A stretch of 64,000 nucleotides of DNA. It comes from a bacterium. GTDB taxonomy: Bacteria; Verrucomicrobiota; Kiritimatiellia; SPBP01. A model generated the notes under the pieces. It saw only the letters and a program-made list of their open reading frames with translations, had not been told where the DNA came from and did not search any database. The position numbers and the translations under genes are program-made. Each line of letters begins with the position of its first letter. Position 1 is the first letter of the stretch. Positions 19,008 to 27,966 of this stretch are shown piece by piece. The stretch is taken from positions 1,172 through 65,171 of the forward strand of contig JBAXKQ010000001.1 in NCBI GenBank assembly GCA_037135275.1, in the 5' to 3' direction.

Positions 19008-19789
19008 TGTTTTCTCCGGTCTGTCTTTTCCGACCCGCAGTTAAGCTCGTAAATCCGCCACAAGCCGCGAAGGGTGAGGTCGGGATCAATGACAAACGGC
19101 ATTCCGAGTCCGCGCAGCACCTTCCTGGCGTACCCACCCGTTGCGCAGAGCCTGACCCCATGCTTCCCCGTGGTCTTCAGCAGGTGTCCCGTCAGCTCGC
19201 GCACGAGGCCGCGATAACCCACGACAACGCCAATACGCATGGCGCCGGCTGTGCTCTTCCCTATGCCGCCGCAAGTGCCGCCGGCGCGGATCCTTGGCAG
19301 CAGCGCGGTCTTCTCCGCGAGGCACTCGCCGATGATCGCCGGTCCCGGTGCAATGACGCCGCCGAGAAACTCGCGGTCGCCGGAGACCACATCAAGCGTC
19401 GTTGCAGTGCCGACATCGACCACGATGGCCGGCACGCCGTGGTGCCACGCCGCGCCGCAGGCGTCGGCCAGCCTGTCCGCACCGATCGTCCCCGGCCTCG
19501 GGTAACGGAGCTTCAGGCCGAGGTTCACGCGGTGTGAAACTGTGATAACATTTTTCCCGACCAGCCGCCGGAGTTCACGCAGCCAGGGGGCGTTCACCCG
19601 CGGCACCACTGAGCAGAAGACTGCCGCGGTTGTGCTCCGCCTCCCCACCAGGCGCTCGAGGCTTTTCCGGATCGCGGCGGGTTTGCACGACGCCGTCGGC
19701 AGGCGGCCCCGGCGCGCAATACGGCCGTCGGCTGAGAGCCCCAGTTTCACCGATGTATTCCCTGCATCGACGAGTATGACGAAGCTCAT
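19004..19789 (-). CDS. coaX: type III pantothenate kinase
   Basis: ILVDAGNTSVKLGL and ASKHA-fold motifs (VVDVGTATT). There is a 4-nt overlap with the upstream gene. Confidence 0.9.
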   Translation of the reverse strand: MSFVILVDAGNTSVKLGLSADGRIARRGRLPTASCKPAAIRKSLERLVGRRSTTAAVFCSVVPRVNAPWLRELRRLVGKNVITVSHRVNLGLKLRYPRPGTIGADRLADACGAAWHHGVPAIVVDVGTATTLDVVSGDREFLGGVIAPGPAIIGECLAEKTALLPRIRAGGTCGGIGKSTAGAMRIGVVVGYRGLVRELTGHLLKTTGKHGVRLCATGGYARKVLRGLGMPFVIDPDLTLRGLWRIYELNCGSEKTDRRKQ

Positions 19790-19791
19790 CC

Positions 19792-20649
19792 CTAGAACTC
19801 CAGTGAAAGATCAGCGGCCGGCGCCGAATGCGTCAGGCATCCGAGGGAGATGGCATCCACACCGGTGCGGGCGACCGCGTCGATGTTGGCGGCCGTGATG
19901 CCGCCCGACGCCTCGAGGCGGCTTCTCCCGGCGCAAAGCTTCACGCAACGCCGCATCGTGGCAGGCTTCATGTTGTCCAGCAGGATCCAGTCCGGCCGGC
20001 CCGCCAGGGCACTGACGAGTTCCTTCTCGTCTTCCACTTCTATCTCGATTTCGAGCCCTGGTGAATTCTTCCTGGCGGCTTTCACTGCGGCGCCGAGGTC
20101 GCCGGCATGGGCGCGGTTCCACAGTATGCGATGGTTGTCCTTGATAAGGACCTTGTCGTAGAGCCCCATCCTGTGGTTAGTGCCCCCGCCGCAGAGAACG
20201 GCGTACTTCTCCAGCACACGGAGCCCGGGAGTGGTCTTGCGGGTATCCAGGATCTTTACGCCGAAGCACCTGGCCCGTGCGACAAAGCCGGCGGTCATGG
20301 TGGCAATGCCGGTCATCCTCTGCATGAAGTTGAGGGCCGTCCGCTCCGCTGTGAGGATCGAGGCCGCTGGTCCGCGTATGGTCATGATCACATCACCGGC
20401 CCGAACCTGCCTGCTGTCACCGGCAAGGATCCTTACCCTGAGGCGCCCGTCAACCTGCAGGCAGACAGTCCGAGCCACAGTGCTGCCGCTGACCACGTAG
20501 TTACCCCTTGAGACTATCGAGGCGGAAGCCACCGCGTCGGCAGGCACGAGGGATGCGGTTGTCGCGTCACCGCCACCGACATCCTCCTCGAGGGCGCGCC
20601 GCACAAGGGTTTGTACTTCAGCACTATCAGCTATTACGGGCAATCGCAT
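19792..20649 (-). CDS. nadC: nicotinate-nucleotide (quinolinate) pyrophosphorylase
   Basis: The C-terminal 286 aa of the 420-aa ORF match NadC (LDTRKTTPGLR, LLDNM, GGIT). The upstream 135 aa are Arg/Ser-rich with no homology, so the start is placed at the internal ATG at 20649. Confidence 0.8.
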   Translation of the reverse strand: MRLPVIADSAEVQTLVRRALEEDVGGGDATTASLVPADAVASASIVSRGNYVVSGSTVARTVCLQVDGRLRVRILAGDSRQVRAGDVIMTIRGPAASILTAERTALNFMQRMTGIATMTAGFVARARCFGVKILDTRKTTPGLRVLEKYAVLCGGGTNHRMGLYDKVLIKDNHRILWNRAHAGDLGAAVKAARKNSPGLEIEIEVEDEKELVSALAGRPDWILLDNMKPATMRRCVKLCAGRSRLEASGGITAANIDAVARTGVDAISLGCLTHSAPAADLSLEF

Positions 20650-20659
20650 AAGACAAGCC

Positions 20660-21844
20660 CTACTTGGTACTCCACCGGCAAGGCATGAAGCAGCCTTCAA
20701 AGGATTTATCGGCCGTGACATGTATCTGGTGAGTGTTTTCGAGCCTGAAGTAGTTAGTCTTGTGATCCGCCGAATGAACCGAGAACGAAAGCAGGTACGT
20801 GCCACGCGACATCCCCAGCGGCTCGATCCGGAACGCGATCTCGCCCTTTCCGTCGATCCGCGGCAGATCACATTTCTCGATCTGCGTATTGTTGCCGTAG
20901 ACAACGTGTCCGTTGATGTCCGCAACAGCGAATCCGAAAACCGGCTCCGGAACGGGGTGTTTCGCCGTGTACCGGATCCTGGCGACGAGGGGGCCGCCGC
21001 ACCTGAACTGGTCTGTTCCGACGCCGTCACCGGCATCAAGCACAACCTCGTCAATGATCACTTCCTGGGTGCCCCACACTCTCTTCGCACTTGCCGCCTG
21101 CTTGCGACGGATGAATTCCTGGTACTCCTCCACCATCCCGGACGGTGTGCCGATTCCGTGCACGGTCCCGTTCTCCAGGAAGAGGAGGCGGTCGCTGACG
21201 GATGTGATCGTGGGCAGATCGTGGGAGATAATGATCATCGTCTTGCCGGCCGTCCGGTACTCCTTCATGCGGTCGAGGCACTTCCTTTGGAACGTGGCAT
21301 CGCCCACGGCCAGCACCTCGTCTATCAGCAGGATGTCCGGGTCCACCTCAACGGCCACCGCGAAACCCAGCCTCACGTACATACCGGATGAGTAGTGCTT
21401 GACCGGTTCGTCAATCCACTTGCCGAGTTCGGAGAACTCGACAATGGTATCGAAGCGCCTGGTCATCTGCTTGCGGGTCAGGCCCATGATCGCGCCGTAC
21501 AGGAAGACATTCTCGCGGCCGGTCAGTTCCGGGTGGAACCCGGCGCCGAGCTCCAGAAGCGAGGAGATAGTGCCGGTCGCGCTGATCGTTCCGGTCGTTG
21601 GCGGCATTGTCCCGCTGATAAGCGCCATCAGGGTGCTCTTGCCGGCGCCGTTGGCCCCGATGATTCCCAGCGTTTCTCCCCGCTTGACGGTGAAACACAC
21701 ATCCTTGAGCGCCCAGAACTCGCTGGCTGGCCGGCGACGGCCGCGGACGAAGTCCAGCGCGGTAGCCTTCAGGGTCCGGGAAGCGTGATGCTTCAGCCGG
21801 AACCGTTTGCCGACACCCTGCACAGTTATGACAGCGTCATTCAT
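20660..21844 (-). CDS. polysaccharide/O-antigen ABC exporter ATP-binding protein (Wzt/KpsT/TagH-like) with C-terminal substrate-binding β-domain
   Basis: Walker A GANGAGKST, signature YSSGMYVRLGFA, Walker B ILLIDEVLAVGD, plus a ~150-aa C-terminal extension typical of Wzt. Confidence 0.8.
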   Translation of the reverse strand: MNDAVITVQGVGKRFRLKHHASRTLKATALDFVRGRRRPASEFWALKDVCFTVKRGETLGIIGANGAGKSTLMALISGTMPPTTGTISATGTISSLLELGAGFHPELTGRENVFLYGAIMGLTRKQMTRRFDTIVEFSELGKWIDEPVKHYSSGMYVRLGFAVAVEVDPDILLIDEVLAVGDATFQRKCLDRMKEYRTAGKTMIIISHDLPTITSVSDRLLFLENGTVHGIGTPSGMVEEYQEFIRRKQAASAKRVWGTQEVIIDEVVLDAGDGVGTDQFRCGGPLVARIRYTAKHPVPEPVFGFAVADINGHVVYGNNTQIEKCDLPRIDGKGEIAFRIEPLGMSRGTYLLSFSVHSADHKTNYFRLENTHQIHVTADKSFEGCFMPCRWSTK

Positions 21845-21846
21845 CT

Positions 21847-22644
21847 CTAGAACTCGTCAACAAACCGTTTTTCTATCTTCTGGAAGAAGGCGATACCCGC
21901 AATGCAGACCAGCCACGCCACACCAAACGACATCAACGTCAGCCTTGGGGCAATGATGTCGGCCCCGAGTATTGCCGTCCTGTACGCCGTGACAATGCCG
22001 GTCATCGGATTCAGGAACGCGAGCCGCTGGTACATCACCGGTATCATTTCGAGGTAGTAGATGACTGGCGTGAGGAAGAACCACGCAAGCAGGATGACGC
22101 CAACCACATGCTCGGTGTCGCGAAAGAACACGTTCAACGCCGACAGAATGAGACCAAGTCCGAGGCACAGCGCAAAATGCGTTAGGATGACCGCCGGCAA
22201 CAGCCACAGGTGATGGAAATGCACGGGTGCGAATCCACCCACTTTTAGGAACGCCGCATAGCCGAAGAGGATGACAAGCGAGAACAGGAAGTTGACGAGG
22301 TTGGCTATGCTCATTGACATAGGCAGGATTATCCGGGGAAAGACGCTCCGGGCGACCAGGTTGGAGTTGCCAAGGATGCTGTTGAGCGAGTCGTTCAGGC
22401 ACATCGAGAGGAACTGCCAGGTAATAACACCAGTGACCAGCATCGGCAGGAAGAGCAGGTCATCGGCACGGTAGCACTTGAGGATCTTGAGAAAGATCGC
22501 GTATATGAGGATGAAGAAGAGCGGATTAAGCAGGCTCCAGAAGAATCCCAGAACGGACCTCTTGTACCGGATCTTCAGGTTGCGTCCCACCATGATTCCA
22601 AGCAAATCACGATGGGTGTTCAAATCTTTGAGCAGTTTCCACAT
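21847..22644 (-). CDS. ABC-2 type polysaccharide exporter permease (Wzm/KpsM/TagG-like)
   Basis: It has six TM segments and the ABC-2 family pattern. The start is placed at the internal Met (MWKLLKDL); the upstream ORF part is Pro/Arg-rich junk. Confidence 0.75.
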   Translation of the reverse strand: MWKLLKDLNTHRDLLGIMVGRNLKIRYKRSVLGFFWSLLNPLFFILIYAIFLKILKCYRADDLLFLPMLVTGVITWQFLSMCLNDSLNSILGNSNLVARSVFPRIILPMSMSIANLVNFLFSLVILFGYAAFLKVGGFAPVHFHHLWLLPAVILTHFALCLGLGLILSALNVFFRDTEHVVGVILLAWFFLTPVIYYLEMIPVMYQRLAFLNPMTGIVTAYRTAILGADIIAPRLTLMSFGVAWLVCIAGIAFFQKIEKRFVDEF

Positions 22645-23031
22645 GGCCCGCCGATTATCATTTATCGGGAGCGACCTCGTCAATGCCCATTTGCACGAGT
22701 GGACGGCCGCCGGAGGCCGTCGCCGACACGACTCCGGGGCGGCCCGCCCCGGCATCGCGGAGCCCGGCGGAGGCCAGCACTTCCACCGCCGCCATGAGGG
22801 CCAGCAAGGTCGTGCGCCTATGCCCGGCGCCGGCCGGAACGGAAGCGAGACCGCACAAGTCACGGTCCGACAGCTTGATTTCACAGCAGGAGATGGAATC
22901 GCGATGCGCCGTTTCGAGGACTTCAAGCCTGCCGTAGCCGCATCTTCGCTCAAGGAGGGCCGCGTAGTTCTCCGGACTGTTTCTACCGATGGCGGTAATT
23001 ATACCCTAACCGGTTATGAAAACACGCCGCC

Positions 23032-23298
23032 TCATTTTGTCCGGTTGGCGTAGACGTACTGGGCAATGGTGCGGACATTGACGAGTATCTTCCGGGCCAC
23101 CTTCGAGTCCTCTATCCTCGCGCCGTAATGTTTCTCGAGCATTACGATCAGTTCCAGCGCATCCACCGAGTCAAGGCCGACACCTTCGCCGAAAAGCGGT
23201 ATGTCAGCGTCGAGTTTCTCCGGCGTCATGCCTACCATGTTCAGGCGGGCAATGATTTGCGTCTTGAGTTGAGGAATAAGCTCTTCAATTGTCTGCAT
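23032..23298 (-). CDS. acyl carrier protein
   Basis: GLDSVDALELIVMLE phosphopantetheine-attachment Ser motif, ~88 aa. Confidence 0.8.
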   Translation of the reverse strand: MQTIEELIPQLKTQIIARLNMVGMTPEKLDADIPLFGEGVGLDSVDALELIVMLEKHYGARIEDSKVARKILVNVRTIAQYVYANRTK

Positions 23299-23312
23299 TA
23301 TCGGCACCCCGG

Positions 23313-24602
23313 CTAAGAAACGGTCCTCGCTTTGTGGATCAGGATGCTACCTGCAATGGCCGCACCCGAGAAGCACACAAGTTTGCAAATATCAGGCAGT
23401 ACATCCACCGTGGAGGCGTTACGCAGGAACAGGTCGTTGAAGGCGGTCAACCCCCAGTTCAGCGGCGAGTACGGACTGATGCTCTGCATGATCTGGGGCA
23501 TTGCAAACACCGGCACCCATACACCGCCGACGGCAGCCAGAATCACCACTGATATCGACCCGAATGACAGCGCCTGCTGTGGGGTCCTGAAATAGACGGC
23601 GATGAGCAGGCCGTACCCTGTGGCGGCCATCGCCACCGCCAGACCTGTGAGAATCACTCCCGCCCAGTTCGTGCCAATCACCAGCCTGCTCAACCCCACG
23701 AGCGGCATCAGGTATATGCCGCTGGCGATCAACAGAGAAAGCTGCAGGAGACAGACCGCCGCATAGAACAGGAACTTGCCGACAACGACGGGGAGTTGCG
23801 AGCCGGCGATCAGCCGCAGCCGCAACATGCTCCCGTCCTCCCGCTCCTTGATGAAGTTGCCTGCCAGTGGAAACAGGATGAAGAACATGGCGAACATGGA
23901 CCAGGCCGGGACATTATGCTGGACTGCATTGAGGGCCATGCCCTCGCGCTCCTTGCCGGATGCATCGGACTGGGCCACCTCGATCATGCGCGAGAGGTCA
24001 ATACCCGGCGGCGGCTCCCCGCCGCCGTCGGCAAGTTGTTCCTGTATGGCGGCCGTGAGCCATTCCGCCTGCTGGCCGATAATCATCCTCTCAACTGCCG
24101 CCGAAAGGGTTTGCCTGTAGTTGGCCTTGATCGCCGGATCAAAAAGGATCTCCACCCGCACGGCGGCATCGCCGGCACGGGGCGTCTCCACCGCATCCCG
24201 GCCGCCACGCGCGAGCAGTCCCCTCACGACGCCGTCCATCCTCCCCATCAGGGTGGCGGTCGCGCCCACGGGAATAATCACCGCCGCCTGGTAGTCCCCG
24301 CTCTGCACCAGCTTCCTCGCGGCGTCCCTGGTCAGGGCTTTTCCGCCCTTCTTCTCACGCGTGGTGATGCGTATCCCACCCGACTCCTGGAATGAGGCCT
24401 CAATGCCCGCGCCAAGATCATCCTGGTCCTCATCGACAAGAAGAACGTCAATCCTTGTCTCCTGGAACTGGCGGAAGGTGTTGTCCTGGATGACGGCCAT
24501 CACGACAACAAGGGCCAGCGGCATGATGAACACCAGCGCCATGCCGCCCGGGTCGCGGACGAGAAGCAGGAGCTCTTTCTTGATGGTCGCCAGAATCTTC
24601 AA
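23313..24602 (-). CDS. ABC-2 family transporter permease with large extracytoplasmic loop
   Basis: It has an N-terminal TM, a ~200-aa loop, then 5 TM segments (YadH/NatB-like topology). There is a 4-nt overlap with the ATPase gene. Confidence 0.7.
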   Translation of the reverse strand: MKILATIKKELLLLVRDPGGMALVFIMPLALVVVMAVIQDNTFRQFQETRIDVLLVDEDQDDLGAGIEASFQESGGIRITTREKKGGKALTRDAARKLVQSGDYQAAVIIPVGATATLMGRMDGVVRGLLARGGRDAVETPRAGDAAVRVEILFDPAIKANYRQTLSAAVERMIIGQQAEWLTAAIQEQLADGGGEPPPGIDLSRMIEVAQSDASGKEREGMALNAVQHNVPAWSMFAMFFILFPLAGNFIKEREDGSMLRLRLIAGSQLPVVVGKFLFYAAVCLLQLSLLIASGIYLMPLVGLSRLVIGTNWAGVILTGLAVAMAATGYGLLIAVYFRTPQQALSFGSISVVILAAVGGVWVPVFAMPQIMQSISPYSPLNWGLTAFNDLFLRNASTVDVLPDICKLVCFSGAAIAGSILIHKARTVS

Positions 24603-25348
24603 TCGCGTATCCCCCTGCCAGTGAGGTGCAGGAACAAGTCTTCGAGGTTGTTTCTGCCCGAGGCCGCCAGCATATCGGCCAGCGCCCCCTTCGCGATCAT
24701 GCGGCCTTCGTCGATAATGGCGAACCTGGTGCAGATCCTCTCCGCCTCCTCCAGGAGATGGGAGGAATACAGAATGGTCACGCCGTCTGATCGAAGTTTG
24801 GTCATGTAGTCCACGATCATGTTCCGCGACTGCACGTCCACGCCAGAGGTTGGTTCATCGAGAATGACCATGCGCGGATGGTGCAACAGGGCGGCGATCA
24901 GGTTGAGTCGCCGCTTCATGCCGCCGGAAAAGTGCTGAACACGCATGTTTGCCTTGTCCAGGAGCCCGAACTCTTCCAGGAAATGATTCACGTTCGAATG
25001 GATCGAGCTGCGGCGAAGGCCGTACATGCGGCAGAAGTAGACGAGGTTCTCGGCGGCCGTCAACGCCGGGAACAGGGCGATATCCTGGGGCGCAACCCCG
25101 ATCTGGCTCCGGATCTCGTCGCCATGCCTGGCCGCATCCAGGCCAAAGACGCGTACGCTTCCCGCATCGCACCTCAACAGGCCGCAGAGCGCCATCAGTG
25201 TTGTCGATTTCCCGGCGCCGTTGGGCCCGAGAAGCCCGAAAATCTCCCGTTCGTGCACCTCAAAGCTGAGCTGATCGACAGCCGGCTTTCCGGAGCCCCT
25301 GTAGACTTTGGTAAGTCCTGAGACCTCTATGACTGCGGGCGTCGTCAC
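24599..25348 (-). CDS. ABC transporter ATP-binding protein
   Basis: Walker A GPNGAGKSTT, signature FSGGMKRRLN, Walker B VILDEPTSGVD. Confidence 0.85.
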   Translation of the reverse strand: MTTPAVIEVSGLTKVYRGSGKPAVDQLSFEVHEREIFGLLGPNGAGKSTTLMALCGLLRCDAGSVRVFGLDAARHGDEIRSQIGVAPQDIALFPALTAAENLVYFCRMYGLRRSSIHSNVNHFLEEFGLLDKANMRVQHFSGGMKRRLNLIAALLHHPRMVILDEPTSGVDVQSRNMIVDYMTKLRSDGVTILYSSHLLEEAERICTRFAIIDEGRMIAKGALADMLAASGRNNLEDLFLHLTGRGIRD

Positions 25349-26346
25349 TTTATTGCTTCTCTCAAGCCGGTGAAAATGCCGTGCTCCCTGTCCGCTATCT
25401 CCAGCAGAATAGTGGACATCGCCGCGTAGGATTCATGCTCGCTGTTGCGATCCTTGATGATCCTGCCGGCAATCGCGGCGAAATCCCGCCAGCGATCGCC
25501 GTTTTCCGTCATTGCACGCGAAAGCGCCATGAGACGCGAATTATCCAGCACGGCGGAGGCCTCCTGGAGAAAGGATGCGTATATGAAGCGGAATCCGCCC
25601 CCGCCGGTCCCGATCTCCTCCTGCATCCTTATGAAGTGGCCAAGGTAGAGCGACGCTTTCTTCTCGCCAAGCTTCTCCGGCCATTTCTTCATCACTCTGG
25701 CGACATGACGGATTCCCCTTACTCCCAGGAACGGGAACGGAATTCCCAGCATGTCGAAGCAGTTCTTGCGGATACCCCTGACGATCGCGCCTGGCAGGTC
25801 AATCTTTGCCGGGACCTTCACCGGGTAATACATCCGCCCCTTCGGCTCAAACATGCCTTTCGCCCAGCGGACGCGCATCAAGTCCGCGCGGCTCAGGGAC
25901 TCGACGTTTTCCATGACGGGGTCGCTTATGAGATACCGCCCATCCTGCCTGCCGAAGACAATGATGTTGTGGGCATTGAAATGAAAACGGTACGGCGCCG
26001 GAAAATATGTCAGGTGAAACACCCCAACCTGCAACCCGACAGGAATGCCCATGGCAAGCGCCCGGTCAAGAGCTTCCATGGATGCTTCCTTGTCCCTGAA
26101 TTTCTGCCTGCAGATCTCGATTCCGAGCGCGGTGGCCGCGCGCTTGAATATCGTGCCGGGGAGGGGCCGGAATGTTGTGGTCGGCATGCCGTTGTGCCTG
26201 AGGATAGGCATGTAGGCAAAGAACAGCCCGGCGCCGATGCCGAATACCATGGACTCGCTGATGTCCACGCCGTGGTATCTCAACAGGTTCGCTGTGGCGC
26301 CATTCTCGCAATGCGCAGACTGGCCGTGTTTGAAATCAATGGTCAT
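25345..26346 (-). CDS. BtrH N-terminal domain / DUF4872-type papain-like protein (predicted ACP-dependent acyl/aminoacyl transferase)
   Basis: HGQSAHCENGATANLLRYHG matches the BtrH_N catalytic-Cys region. The 333 aa length fits the two-domain BtrH_N+DUF4872 architecture. Confidence 0.55.
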   Translation of the reverse strand: MTIDFKHGQSAHCENGATANLLRYHGVDISESMVFGIGAGLFFAYMPILRHNGMPTTTFRPLPGTIFKRAATALGIEICRQKFRDKEASMEALDRALAMGIPVGLQVGVFHLTYFPAPYRFHFNAHNIIVFGRQDGRYLISDPVMENVESLSRADLMRVRWAKGMFEPKGRMYYPVKVPAKIDLPGAIVRGIRKNCFDMLGIPFPFLGVRGIRHVARVMKKWPEKLGEKKASLYLGHFIRMQEEIGTGGGGFRFIYASFLQEASAVLDNSRLMALSRAMTENGDRWRDFAAIAGRIIKDRNSEHESYAAMSTILLEIADREHGIFTGLREAIK

Positions 26347-26816
26347 TCATCTCCGTCGCGTCGCGGATCTTCGCGTGTGGGCACGGCTGCCTGTTTCCAC
26401 GGAACGGCAAGCACCGCCTCGGTCAGCGTCACCAGTTCACCCACGGGAACGTCGAACACCTCTGCATACTTCCCAAGCGTGACGCTGTCCAGATTGCGGA
26501 AAGCCTCCGGATCAAGGTGCACCCTGATCTTCCGCTTCGGAATGCCGGTATATGCGGAGAGAAGCGCCACGTCGAACATGCTCCGGGCCATGTAGAAGGC
26601 CAGTGGACTGGCTTTGCCCTCCTTTACCGACAGATAGGCCGCCTTCACATCTTCGTTGATCTGCTCCCATGCCTGCAGCAATGCGGCATTCTTGGGCCCC
26701 CAGCCGCAACTGAGAACCTTGACATAGTTGCCCTTTTCGTCGACGGCATAGCAGAGTTCGCGTGTCCGCCCTTCCATCAGATTGTCGTCGTCCTGGGGAA
26801 CTTGTTCTTGCTTCAT
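26343..26816 (-). CDS. hypothetical protein (157 aa) embedded in the ACP/KAS-III cluster
   Basis: It is tightly coupled (4-nt overlaps) to both neighbours. I recognise no motif. Confidence 0.45.
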   Translation of the reverse strand: MKQEQVPQDDDNLMEGRTRELCYAVDEKGNYVKVLSCGWGPKNAALLQAWEQINEDVKAAYLSVKEGKASPLAFYMARSMFDVALLSAYTGIPKRKIRVHLDPEAFRNLDSVTLGKYAEVFDVPVGELVTLTEAVLAVPWKQAAVPTREDPRRDGDE

Positions 26817-26817
26817 G

Positions 26818-27966
26818 TCAACACACCGTCAAAAGCATAAAGGCATAGGAAAAACGGGCACTTTCCGGAACCATTCCAAGCAGTTTCATCCCCTTGTCGA
26901 GCCTTCCCGAGTGGAATAACTCCTCGAGGATGAGATAGATCGACGCACTCCCGACATTTCCCACCTGCGAAAGGTTCGTGAACCATTTCTCCTGTGGAAT
27001 GCCGATTCCATGCCTGGTCATGGCCTCGTCCAGCGGTTCCCGGAAGAATTCCGACGATATGTGGGGCAGGTAATAGTCGACACTCCCCGCCTTCAGGCCG
27101 TGTTTGAGCATCGACTTCGCGAGACTCTCCGCCGCGAGCTTGACGACGTGCCGGTTCAGCAGACCGACATCCTGCTTGATCGCGAACACGGACCGCGACA
27201 ACCACTCCTCCGGCGTGAGCACTTTCCAGCTCGTCATCTTCCCGTCGTCCGCCTTGTCGAGACCCGCGTACATGCAGGTGTCGATCTGGCCTGCAAAGGA
27301 GTACGTATCGATCCAGTCGAGCCGGAGGGAGAGGCTGCCCTTGTTGTCCGGCCGGGATTGAAGCAGCGCCGCGCCAGCCCCGTCAGAAAGCATCCATCTC
27401 AGGAAATCCTTTTCAAACGCCAGTATCGGATTCCGCTCCAACCTGGCCAGGTTCGCAACTTCACTCTCGTAGTTGCGCGCAAGGAGGAGCGGGGAGACAA
27501 ACTCCGATCCCGTACACACCGCGTTCGAACTGTTCCCGGCCACTATCGACATCATGCCGTATTTCAGGGCTTGCATCCCCGAGCAACAAACTCCGGAAGG
27601 CGACACGATCTCGATCGCCGGACACCCCAGGCAGCCGTGGACCATGGCCGCGTGGGAGGGAAGTATCTGATCCGGAATGGACGTACCACAGCACAAAAGT
27701 TCTATGTCACCGGCACGGAAGGAGGGGTCCAGCAGGCCCTCCACCGCCATGGCCGTCATTTCCGAGTTGGTGTGCGTGAACCGTCCGCCGCTGTCGATGG
27801 CGTAGTGCCGTCGCTTGATGCCGTTCCGCCTGGAGACGATCCGCCAGCTTCTCGAAGCCTTGCCGTTGATCCTGCCGAGAAGCTTCTCCATGCCGTCATT
27901 CGTGACGGGGTCGTTCGGCAGGAACTTACCGAGCCTGGTTATGTATGCTTTGTTTGCCATCCGCAA
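26818..27966 (-). CDS. 3-oxoacyl-ACP synthase III family condensing enzyme (DarB-like)
   Basis: Thiolase-fold KAS III pattern with active-site Cys context GVCCSGMQAL and C-terminal HxxxN region (NLSQVGNVGSASIYL). 382 aa. Confidence 0.75.
   Translation of the reverse strand: MRMANKAYITRLGKFLPNDPVTNDGMEKLLGRINGKASRSWRIVSRRNGIKRRHYAIDSGGRFTHTNSEMTAMAVEGLLDPSFRAGDIELLCCGTSIPDQILPSHAAMVHGCLGCPAIEIVSPSGVCCSGMQALKYGMMSIVAGNSSNAVCTGSEFVSPLLLARNYESEVANLARLERNPILAFEKDFLRWMLSDGAGAALLQSRPDNKGSLSLRLDWIDTYSFAGQIDTCMYAGLDKADDGKMTSWKVLTPEEWLSRSVFAIKQDVGLLNRHVVKLAAESLAKSMLKHGLKAGSVDYYLPHISSEFFREPLDEAMTRHGIGIPQEKWFTNLSQVGNVGSASIYLILEELFHSGRLDKGMKLLGMVPESARFSYAFMLLTVC

Noticed and set aside
19792-21054. 420-aa version of the nadC ORF
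   Set aside because: The N-terminal 135 aa are Ser/Arg-rich with no homology and would overlap wzt. An internal ATG at 20649 gives a canonical 286-aa NadC.
20720-21850. Plus-strand ORFs antisense to wzt (223, 160, 151 aa)
   Set aside because: They overlap a strongly supported ABC ATPase gene and have no motifs.
25381-26595. 404-aa plus-strand ORF antisense to the BtrH-like gene and the 157-aa gene
   Set aside because: Arg/Pro-rich composition. The sense strand carries the tightly coupled operon.
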